NCBI RefSeq assembly: GCF_964355755.1
Contig: NC_092672.1
Location: 21,341,237-21,405,236 of the forward strand
DNA length: 64,000 bases
Source: Antedon mediterranea
Taxonomy: Eukaryota; Animalia; Echinodermata
Direction: 5' to 3'
Notes under the pieces: generated by a model
Seen by the model: only the letters and a program-made list of their open reading frames with translations
The model's database searches: none
What the model was told of the DNA's origin: nothing
Shown here: one piece after another, positions 41,301 to 48,696 of the stretch
Layout of the letters: each line of letters starts with the position of its first letter
Position numbering within the stretch: the stretch's first letter is position 1
Program-made: the position numbers and the translations under genes

Positions 41301-44300
41301 GCTGCTTAGTGGCTTGGCCTCCAGCTAGGCTAGGCTGACAGCAGTGAAGTTTGTTTTGCTGTCACCCGACCTTGGCCTACCCATGGGCCATGATAGGGTG
41401 CCTGAATAGTTGCTTTTCAGTCAGGTCTAAGCTTGCACATCGCTTTACTATTCTTTACTACTCTTGTTATGTATAGGATTTTGTGTTTCACAATTCTTAA
41501 TATGCGAGAAAACCCAGGAACGATAAATGGGGCGAAACGACCATGCCTATGAATACATAGGCCTCTAGACAAAAATTCAAGGCTAGCTAGGCTGAGCAGA
41601 CGGCTTAGCTAGGCCTAGCCCTAGCTTAAAGTTAAAAGCAATCTGATAAGATTATAATGCTGTTGTTGTACAGTGAAAATCATGAGGTTACATGTAAATT
41701 ATACTGACATTCTTATCGGAAATATTACTTAGGCCTAAACAAATCGTATTAATTGTGTGTATAAAATTTATTCCCCATTTTTCGACACATAATTTACCAA
41801 AGGGAAGAAATTTCCACAATGCGTTGACCAGCGACTAAAACGCGTCAGTCGCTAAGTGTAACGCGTTTCGCGACGTATTGTAAACTAATAACCCCTAAGT
41901 TACTGAAAAACTGTAATTTGTAAAAAAACACTATTTTCTGACCGATTTTTTAGAAATGAGTTTTTGGAAAATATTTCCGTATTTTTCCTGTTTTTTTTAT
42001 GTAATCACTTTCAATTAAACATACTTAAACATAATATAAGCTGAGAAAGTCTGAGTGTAGCTCCACTATAAGCGCATCATTACCATCAGGTCAGTTGATT
42101 GATACACCAGATGATACTACTACTCCTCTGGCTATAAGCTCATCATTACCATCAGGTCAGTTGATTGATACACCAGATGATACTACTACTCCTCTGGCTA
42201 TAAGCTCATCATTACCATCAGGTCAGTTGATTGATACACCAGATGCTACTACTACTACTCTGGCTATAAGCTCATCATTACCATCAGGTCAGTTGATTGA
42301 TACACCAGATGCTACTACTACTCCTGTGGCTATAAGCTCATCAAAACCATTTTTAGGTAAATTTTGAATTAATTATTTTCTATCAATTCTACCATTTTCA
42401 TATAAAGATATTGTGGAACCACGTCAGGTCAAGTTCAATATTGAATATCGAAACGTGGCAGACTGAAGGCGCTTGACCTTTGACAAGATCGCCTAAATTT
42501 TTAGTTTTTAACTTTACAATACTTAGTGTTGTATATTCTGGTACAGCCGCTCCATGATCTCTTTGCTTTTCTTCCTTATATCTTTACTCTTTTTAAAAAG
42601 TTTTATTAACGATTTTTATTTTATTTTTTATTATATTTATATTTTTGCTTTATGTACACGACAACTAACGATCAAATAACAGTTTTTCACATCGCAACTT
42701 ATACAACGAATTGTAAGTGATACTGTTTTTGTTATTATAACTAATACGTTTATTTTGCATAGATACACAGACTGCTACTCCTCTGTCTACAAGCTCATTA
42801 GAGACAGGTTAGTGGTTATCATTAGATCATTATGTATCATATGGACAGTTTGTCTGAAATTACATGAATATACATAATAGCATAACATCTTGGTGTCATT
42901 AGCAGAATAGTTGATTTAATACTGGTATTCTTGATTATGACTAATGTATATGTTTATTTTGCATAGATGCACCTATTGCTGCTCCTTTGGCTGCAAGCTC
43001 ATTAGGGACAAGTATAGGTGAGTAACATTAGATCATTAGGGACAGGTATAGGTGAGTAACATTAGATCATTAGGGACAGGTATAGGTGAGTAACATTAGA
43101 TCATTAGGGACAGGTATAGGTGAGTAACATTAGATCATTAGGGACAGGTATAGGTGAGTAACATTAGATCATTAGGGACAGGTATAGGTGAGTAACATTA
43201 GATCATTAGGGACAGGTATAGGTGAGTAACATTAGATCATTAGGGACAGGTATAGGTGAGTAACATTAGATCATTAGGGACAGGTATAGGTGAGTAACAT
43301 TAGATCATTAGGGACAGGTATAGGTGAGTAACATTAGATCATTAGGGACAGGTATAGGTGAGTAACATTAGTTCATTAGGGACAGGTATAGGTGAGTAAC
43401 ATTAGTTCATTAGGGACAGGTATAGGTGAGTAACATTAGATCTTTAGGGACAGGTATAGGTGAGTAACATTAGATCATTAGGGACAGGTATAGGTGAGTA
43501 ACATTAGATCATTAGGGCAGTGTTACAACCATTTATGTAGTACCAGCTATAATAAAAACTACTGCTAAGAGAGAAACACTAAATTTATCATATCATTTAT
43601 TTCATTTGAACAAATACAAACATGAAAACATAACAATTGTAAATCAATGAGGCAGGATTACCTAAAATAACAGCGGAGAAGCCAAAATATGTTAACATAG
43701 AGCCTGATTTATTCCTTTTCTCAATGCAACTAAACAAAAGGAAACATGGCCTATGATTAATATGGTGAATTGTAGTCATTAACAATAATTCTTTATTACA
43801 GAAACAAGTCCAAATTCACTGGAAGACAAGTTAAACAAGTTAAATTATGATTTCAGTGAAGTCTTTATGAAGAATATGAGAAAATTCTTATTTTTGAGAT
43901 GTTGTCTCTTTGATGAAGTAGATTTACAAGTCCTTGGCAATAAAGATTACAAAGCAAATGATTATTTTAATGAACTCGCTGATAAAGGAAAGATCAAACC
44001 AACCGACGTCAACCTTCTGCTTGAAGTGGCAACACTATCAGAAATTAAACATGCTAAAGATCTTGTAAAACAGTATATGAATGACAACAATGTACACATT
44101 AGTAATCAACAGAAGTTGTCCCCATATAGAAAAAGATTGTGTAAGGCATTGAAACAGTTTAACCCAAGTGAGTTGAATAGAGTTACAGCTTGTTATCAAT
44201 TGGAACAACCAACCATTTGGGATGTAACATTTTATTTAGAGAGCAAATCCAAATTGGTAGATGAATCAGAAAGAGAGAAGTTTGCTGAGCTGCTTGGACC

Positions 44301-44334
44301 AATCCCAAATAAAATAATGTGTAAGTCAATTTGA
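5858..44334 (+). CDS. Multi-exon Roco-family gene: ROC GTPase + COR + S/T/P repeat linker + C-terminal tandem DED-like domains (about 910 aa with a minimal linker; upstream exons possible)
   Basis: 13 ROC-COR exons join in frame through canonical AG/GT sites with matching phases and no stops. Motifs: G1 GKEGAGKTS, G2 STDGI, G3 WDYAGQ, G4 VATHVD, G5-like VDN, and COR motifs VPVKW, EYMNDIGIILY, FLVPSRM. The last exon is DED-like. Confidence 0.88.
5967..6150. mobile_element. 184-bp MITE, Kolobok-like
   Basis: TIR aggacaa(c/t)tttaccga; TTAA on both flanks. Confidence 0.75.
6344..6506 (+). CDS. Roco exon with ROC P-loop (LVPAEIFGKG...RCMFLGKEGAGKTSCVKAMVGE)
   Basis: GxxxxGKTS Walker A motif; tattag acceptor and gtaaca donor. 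Confidence 0.9.
6858..7713. mobile_element. PIF/Harbinger-like MITE
   Basis: TIR ggccc(t/c)gtttctgctgccaa; 3-bp TSD ATT; subterminal (tataccgtat) repeats. Confidence 0.75.
7986..8089 (+). CDS. Roco exon with switch I/G2 (FNSKEPSTDGIVTTTVFQ...W)
   Basis: STDGI motif; aacag acceptor and gtgaga donor; phases 2 and 1 fit the neighbours; not in the ORF track. Confidence 0.88.
9235..9303 (+). CDS. Roco exon, insertion between G2 and G3 (DMEISKQAHSSAIEKKIDQRLEK)
   Basis: ctacag acceptor and gtaagc donor; symmetric phase 1-1; open frame. Confidence 0.72.
9899..10032 (+). CDS. Roco exon with G3 (SIWDYAGQLEYYITHR)
   Basis: WDxAGQ..Y..TH ROC signature; tgtag acceptor and gtatgt donor. Confidence 0.9.
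11195..11284 (+). CDS. Roco exon (FFLTNTVSYCVAFNVMDKLDEQANPRDSSK)
   Basis: Continues the THRFFL ROC motif; ttcag acceptor and gtaagt donor; phase 0-0. Confidence 0.88.
12445..12699. mobile_element. IS3EU-like MITE end fragment with ~22-bp repeats
   Basis: Terminus ggcggcgattgccttccata (TATGG on the reverse strand); gttgttcgtttgtgaaagta repeats. Confidence 0.45.
13864..14246 (+). mobile_element. 5S rRNA-derived SINE (SINE3-type)
   Basis: 13864-13979 is a diverged 5S rRNA copy (ttctcgtcagatcaccgaagttaagc...ttggatgggagacc..ctgggaata) with no oligo-T terminator, followed by a ~230-bp body and an A-rich tail. Confidence 0.75.
15815..16878. mobile_element. hAT-like MITE fragments inserted in the LTR element
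   Basis: gtggcgccaggattt..ggggg start and gtggctagccaccc..cccctagatc end; interrupts the pol/gag sequence. Confidence 0.4.
19478..19775 (-). mobile_element. SINE/LINE 3' tail fragment
   Basis: Reverse strand reads gccttgagcac...gcgctttataaat followed by (tctta)n; truncates the outer Gypsy. Confidence 0.5.
20629..21402. mobile_element. TIR element with a TGT-like end (Ginger-like); partial relatives at ~39888-40060 and 42390-42585
   Basis: 19-bp TIR gtcatgaggtaatttcccg, duplicated at the left end; 21060-21255 matches the reverse complement of 42390-42585. Confidence 0.55.
21403..22450 (-). mobile_element. L2/CR1-group LINE RT fragment
   Basis: YHIYADDTQ, LKLNDDKTE and GDRSFAVAAPRFWNALP; broken frames. 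Confidence 0.85.
22823..23014 (+). CDS. Roco exon with G4 (MTNLDMNLFWIRSI...PPICLVATHVDKL)
   Basis: W..SI and PPI.LVATH.D ROC motifs; tttag acceptor and gtaaat donor. Confidence 0.9.
24300..25425 (-). mobile_element. L1/Tx1-like LINE ORF2 3' fragment
   Basis: EIGGVKAP..KISWLKRL and zf-RVT-like CLQCNVVEDDAHFFYEC. Confidence 0.8.
25572..28250 (+). mobile_element. 5'-truncated LINE (ORF end 25572-26206, long 3' UTR, (TCTTA)n tail)
   Basis: CKLCN...ETTDHFLLEC motif; aataaa followed by (tctta)n near 28225-28250; related ORF at 50639-51213. Confidence 0.7.
26736..28113 (-). mobile_element. 1.38-kb non-autonomous Kolobok-like DNA transposon, copy A
   Basis: TIR agtggagct(a/c)cac; TTAA on both flanks; near-identical inverted copy at 40677-42067. 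Confidence 0.85.
28617..29359. mobile_element. Mutator-like MITE
   Basis: ~78-bp near-perfect TIR cgccgtggttaggattccggcacc...; 9-bp TSD TTGTTTATT. Confidence 0.85.
29642..29785. repeat. Perfect 70-bp-arm palindrome with a 4-nt loop
   Basis: 29642-29711 is the reverse complement of 29716-29785; loop gcca. Confidence 0.9.
30341..33195. repeat. ~88-bp hairpin satellite, ~32 units, first unit inverted
   Basis: Unit tattatttgtcatccgtcagggcaggtat-acggctatgtacagtggaatcataca-atacctgccctgaaggatgacaaataata. Confidence 0.95.
33721..33963 (+). CDS. Roco exon: end of ROC (YMVDN...GITKLR) and start of COR (EVPVKWVNLQ)
   Basis: G5-like VDN and the COR P..W motif; gaag acceptor and gtaaag donor. Confidence 0.88.
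34003..35190 (-). mobile_element. Helentron/HINE-like element
   Basis: Terminal stem-loop taggctatcgctct...agagcaatagccta; gttcaaatctagtt end also seen at 12333-12347. Confidence 0.45.
35335..36041. repeat. 44-bp minisatellite, ~16 units
   Basis: gacaatatacaatactagaatgggtatacatgcgattgttacct repeated. Confidence 0.95.
36162..36356 (+). CDS. Roco COR exon (AIEYMNDIGIILYSSTNKKLKNTVITD)
   Basis: Matches the COR L.fLhd.G.i.yf....L...Vi.d pattern; ttag acceptor and gtaggt donor. Confidence 0.85.
36523..36684 (+). CDS. Roco COR exon (WKRLDEEGIL...LW...MKTFGLL)
   Basis: COR G.L...LW...M..FgL pattern; atag acceptor and gtaagt donor. Confidence 0.85.
36775..37062 (+). CDS. Roco COR exon (FLVPSRM...FLPNAVYNTLVV)
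   Basis: COR f.vPs.l and lP.g.f..l motifs; gcag acceptor and gtacag donor. Confidence 0.85.
37269..37349 (+). CDS. Roco COR exon (LEISHLIKVDGNTTGPKNEPHRSFCIE)
   Basis: atcag acceptor and gtaagg donor; phase 0-0; open frame. Confidence 0.78.
37441..37651 (+). CDS. Roco COR C-terminal exon with a Cys/His cluster (CTAC...HLH...C...C)
   Basis: tgtag acceptor and gtaatt donor; phase-1 end; possible Zn-binding cluster. Confidence 0.82.
38124..38571 (+). repeat. Coding 66-bp tandem repeat block 1 (7 units, DTPDxTTTPLAISSSLPSGQLI), linker exon with repeated donors
   Basis: tttgcatag acceptor at 38123; units 1-6 end in CCATCAG|GTCAGT; indels are +3 and -3 only. Confidence 0.85.
38572..39560 (+). 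mobile_element. Two direct copies of a transposon end (gggtgtcac..ctaagacc repeats) flanking an inverted gene fragment
   Basis: 38572-38800 is nearly identical to 39287-39560. Confidence 0.6.
38967..39011 (-). pseudogene. Inverted copy of a linker mini-exon (DTLTTTPLATSSLRTG)
   Basis: Reverse strand reads ttttgtatag|atacactaact...acggacag|gttagt, homologous to 42763-42807 including intron flanks. Confidence 0.7.
40377..42356 (+). repeat. Coding 66-bp tandem repeat block 2 (~9 units), split by a 1.39-kb transposon
   Basis: Duplicated upstream intron and acceptor (ttaataatttctttttcacg...gcatag); the last unit ends SSSKPFLG|gtaaat. Confidence 0.85.
40677..42067 (+). mobile_element. Kolobok-like transposon copy B, inserted in a coding repeat unit
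   Basis: Reverse complement of 26736-28113; flanks TTAA (left) and ATAA (right). Confidence 0.88.
42763..42807 (+). CDS. Linker mini-exon paralog (DTQTATPLSTSSLETG)
   Basis: ttttgcatag acceptor and gttagt donor; 45 nt; phase 1-1; homologous to the 66-bp unit. Confidence 0.7.
42967..43017 (+). CDS. Linker mini-exon paralog (DAPIAAPLAASSLGTSIG)
   Basis: ttttgcatag acceptor and gtgagt donor; 51 nt; phase 1-1. Confidence 0.7.
42999..43518 (+). repeat. 34-bp tandem repeat (~15 units) spanning the mini-exon donor site
   Basis: tcattagggacaggtataggtgagtaacattaga repeated. Confidence 0.95.
43802..44334 (+). CDS. Terminal exon encoding tandem death-effector-like domains (DED-DED)
   Basis: ttacag acceptor, phase 1. 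DYFNELADKGKIKPTDVNLLLEV...DLVKQY is followed by SPYRKRL...WDVTFYLE, resembling DED1/DED2 of caspase-8/cFLIP-type prodomains. TGA at 44332. Confidence 0.75.
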
Positions 44335-44612
44335 GAGATTTCTTACCTTAAATCCACAGATTGTAGGTCACGTAAATATTCTCCCACAATAACTGGCATC
44401 AAACCAGAATTTTTAGAAAAGGGTAAAAATATATTGAGAATACATTGAGTTGCCCCCTCATAATATAGAATGAATGCTGGACCATTAGATGATGACCGTA
44501 TGATACAAAATGATTTGTTGACACAGGTTAAGAACATAAAATAACAGGAATGTTTTCACATCCTGACTTTTCTTTGTCACTAAGGTTCTTATACCCTTTA
44601 CAACATTATAAC

Positions 44613-44790
44613 GCTCTGTCTATACTATCAAACTTTATGTGACAAAACATGTGATGTGCAATTTTATGGACATGATGATGTCATATCACTTGCATATTTG
44701 GGAACATCACTACCATAGTTGGGCACATCACTACCGTATTTGGACACATCACACATTTTTGTCAAACTAATTTGATAGTGTAGACAGAGC
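44613..44790. mobile_element. Small Harbinger-like MITE
   Basis: TIR gctctgtcta(t/c)actatcaaa. Confidence 0.6.
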
Positions 44791-45023
44791 TTACAACTGC
44801 CATTTGAGCAGGCAAATACTGTTTTATTACTATTTGTGTTATTTATTCTTAATTATTTTATAGTAATGTTATTTATCATCATGTGTCAGGAAACTGTAAA
44901 AGGGGATTTTGTGCTAAAACAGTTTATGTCATTGTGAGAAAGCTTGTTTAATTAACTAAAGAAAGTGTATACCTTGATTTAAACTTTCATTGTGATAATT
45001 TTTAGGCAACAAAGAAGATGATC

Positions 45024-45600
45024 ATTGAGGCAACACTGAATACACCATTGAAGAACCATTCAGGCACCACTGAGACACCATTACGGCAACACTGAATACA
45101 CTATTGAATATGCCTTTGAAGAACCACTGAGACACCATTGCGGCAACACTGACGACACTATTGATGGTGCCACTGAGGAACCATTGAGGCACCACTGAGA
45201 CACCATTGCATCAACACTGAAGACACTATTGAAGATGCCATTGAGGAACCTTTGAGGCACCACTGAGACACCATTGAGGCACCACTGAGACACCATTGCA
45301 TCAACACTGAAGACACTATTGAAGATGCCATTGAGGAACCTTTGAGGCACCACTGAGACAACATTGAGGCACCACTGAGACACTATTGAAGATGCCATTG
45401 AGGAACCTTGAGGCACAACTGAGACACCATGGAGCACCACTGAGCCACCATTAAGACACCATTGAGGCACCACTGACACACAATTGGGACATCACTGAGC
45501 CACCATTGAAACACAACTGATACACCGTTGAGGCAACACTGAGCCACCATTAAGGCACCACTGATACACCGTGCACCACTGAAGAACCATTGAGATAGCA
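45024..45600. repeat. Degenerate 11-bp-period repeat (gacaccattga/ggcaccactga)
   Basis: Visible periodicity; produces spurious minus-strand ORFs. Confidence 0.8.
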
Positions 45601-45928
45601 TTAAGTATTGTGAAGCCAACCGAGTGAAGGCAAGTTATGTGGATAGTGGATAGAGATATAATAGAGTAATATTAAAATTATTGTCATAATGATAAACAAA
45701 ATATGATAGTGTCAAGGAAGTTGGTGATAAAGATGACATTGACGTTGAATAAATGTTTACTTTAGGACAGTATATAAATGATGAATTTTTTTTTTCATTA
45801 AATGGGAAGAATATTTTCTGCCTCGTTAAATAGAACATATACCCGTTCCAGTCCATAAATATTCATTATTTTGTATAATGTTTACTGAATGTAAACTGTA
45901 AATTTTAATTCATTCCTTAATTTTACAG

Positions 45929-46880
45929 CTTGTTCAAGATCTCTTATTCATCTGTGGATAGGTGGATACGACTGGCAGTGCGACTTGGTATTCAATGGGA
46001 TGTTATCAGTAATACCACAGGTAAAAACAGACATGATGAATATGACATGTTGGAAGAGGTAGACAATGATCAAAGCATTAACACAATAGGGACGTGTTGA
46101 TTTAGCTGATAGCTGGCAGCATGCAGCAGAATATCAACTACCTACAATGGTCAAGGCATTAACACAACAGGGATGTGTACATTTAGCTGATAGCTGGCAG
46201 CATAAAGCAGAACATCAACTACCTACAATGGTCAAGGCATTAACACAACAGGGATGTGTTGATATAGCTGATAGCTGGCAAGATGCAGCAGCACATCAAC
46301 TACATACAATGGTCAAGGCATTAACACAACAGGGACGTGTTGATATAGCTGATAGCTGGCAAGATGCAGCAGCACATCAACTACCTACAATGGTCAAGGC
46401 ATTGACACAACGGGGACGTGTTGATATAGCTGATAGCTGGCAACATGCAGCAGAACATCAACTACATACAATGGTCAAGGCATTAACACAATAGGGACGT
46501 GTTGATATAGCTGATAGCTGGCAAGACGCAGCAGCACATCAACTACCTACAATGGTCAAGGCATTAACACAACAGGGACGTGTTGATATAGCTGATAGCT
46601 GGCAAGATGCAGCAGCACATCAACTACCTACAATGGTCAAGGCATTAACACAACAGGGATGTGTTGATATAACTGATAGCTGGCAAGATGCAGCAGCACA
46701 TCAACTACCTACAATGGTCAAGGCATTAACACAACAGGGACGTGTTGATATAGCTGATAGCTGGCAAGATGCAGCAGCACATCAACTACATACAATGGTC
46801 AAGGCATTTAAACACAACAGGCTTTAAAATAACAGGGACATGTTGATTTAGCTGATAAATCATTGTTTATTTTGATTTCT
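45929..46880 (+). pseudogene. Decayed death-domain exon with tandemly amplified C-terminal helices
   Basis: ttttacag acceptor, then KISYSSVDRWIRLAVRLGIQWDVI...YDML (DD helices 1-4), a frameshift, and ~9 copies of 81 bp encoding MVKALTQQGRVDIADSW...; TAG stops present. Confidence 0.65.
46066..46857 (+). repeat. 81-bp tandem repeat (~9.5 units, 27 codons)
   Basis: atggtcaaggcattaacacaa recurs at 81-nt spacing (46066, 46147, 46228...). Confidence 0.95.
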
Positions 46881-48072
46881 TGACACATGAAACTGAGTGC
46901 CAATGCTATATAGTGTGCATAACCATCAATATTATGATTATCAATATTATTATTATGATTAAAAGGGGCGCTTGATATATAATATAATACAGTAACAATT
47001 GGGATTATAAAACCAATTTTAACTATTAACTGGTGCGTGTGAGTTGTGTACTCGCTCTATACCAAAAACAAGATCAGCAATGCATCTTGAGATTTATAGT
47101 GGGCCGCCAAAATTTAACAAATTATTAGAATTGCATTTTAAACTGTTTAAAGATGACAAAAGGTATCTCAATAGGACCGTATAGAATTTATTTTTACATT
47201 AAATGTAGTTTGTGACCTTAGATTAGATCTAAAAAACGTAGGGAATGGGACTTTATAATGTAATTGACTGTTGTAGGACTTGCTGTAACTGCAGTTTTTT
47301 TGTATATAAGATGAGTCTTAGTAATTCGTGTTTTGGTGGATATCACATTCATTTAGACTAGACAAAAAGTAGTGAGCCCTCTAGCGGTCATTTGTGATTT
47401 CTGAGATTCATCGAAGCGCGACAACATCACCCGGAAATGATGTGAATTTAAAATTTTAATAGGGTTAAACTCTTTTAACCAATTGAAAGCCTTAAATTAT
47501 AGTTCCTTATGAATAATTCATGACAATAATTAAAGCAAGGGTTGAAGAAGCATGTGACTTGGTTTTTGGAACAGGATAGCAGTTATGATCGTGTCAGGTA
47601 ATCATTGAATTTGCTCTTCTTTTTGTTAGATTTTATACGGTTTTTATCAATAATAATATTGTACATTTTTACGAGACCATAAAAAAATTCCTCAATTTTT
47701 GAGTAAACGAGTGACTAAATAAAAAGTTACTATGTAATGTAAATATTCGTTTGACAAAAAATGGGCATGTTGATATTTTCAGGTATTTTTTAAATGGCGA
47801 TTTAAATAGGTAAACAAATCACATGTATAACGGTGGTTTGTGCGAAGCTGGGCCTAGCCTTGATGGTCCAACGCGTACTGTGTGTTAATCAATGCGTATA
47901 GATACACACGTAGTCGTTTAGGCCAATTTTTTACATGTTTATTTATTAATATTAGGCCCCATTCTCATTTATTTTAATTAATGTACTGAATGTACCACAC
48001 TTTACAACTCTATATAAATTAGATTTTGTACTTGTATTAAATTCAAACGTTTTATGGGATTTAAAACATTAA

Positions 48073-48696
48073 AGACCCCTTCCCTGCAATTTTGGACGTT
48101 TTTTGGAAAATAATACATATATATCACTTTAAAAACATTAAACCATGTCATTCCTTGTCTTAAATGTACGTTTTATGGTAAATTATGATAAAAAGTGAGA
48201 AACAATGCACTACCTAAGTAGCTCGCGGCGATCGACCTCTCGTGGACGGTCTCAGGCCTAGCCTAGCTAGGCTTAGTTTTGTAGGCCTAGCTTGTAAACA
48301 TCGGTAACGTACGGACATCGTACGCTAGCTATATACCTAGCCTGACGTTGTATAGTTGCTGCATTAATTGTCTTTCTATTTTTGCCAGACTCCGTTGATA
48401 CAAATTGGGGAAAACCCGGTATTTTCGCTCAAAAGTTAGGAGTCTTCCATTTGTTTTGGCTTCACGATCGATCGAAAAGTGGGCGAATTACAGGTGAAAA
48501 ACAACAATATCAATCCGCGCGCAATGCATTTTGGGATTTATAGCGGGCCGCTATAATTATTAAAATCGATTTATTTTTCACATTTTTAACCGTTTAAAGA
48601 CGAAAAAAGTTATCGCAATAGGACCATAGTATTATTTTTACATTAAATATAGTTTGTGATCTTAAATTAGATCTAAAAAACGTAGGGAATGGGGCT
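48073..48696. mobile_element. Kolobok-like MITE; related right-end fragment at ~47080-47257
   Basis: Imperfect TIR agaccccttccct / agggaatggggct; TTAA on both flanks. Confidence 0.65.

Noticed and set aside
42445-42490. Hammerhead ribozyme (GAAAC...CTGAAGG)
   Set aside because: The core boxes are imperfect and I could not build the required stems
45081-45619. Minus-strand ORFs (SVVPQWCL repeats)
   Set aside because: Artefact of the 11-bp-period repeat
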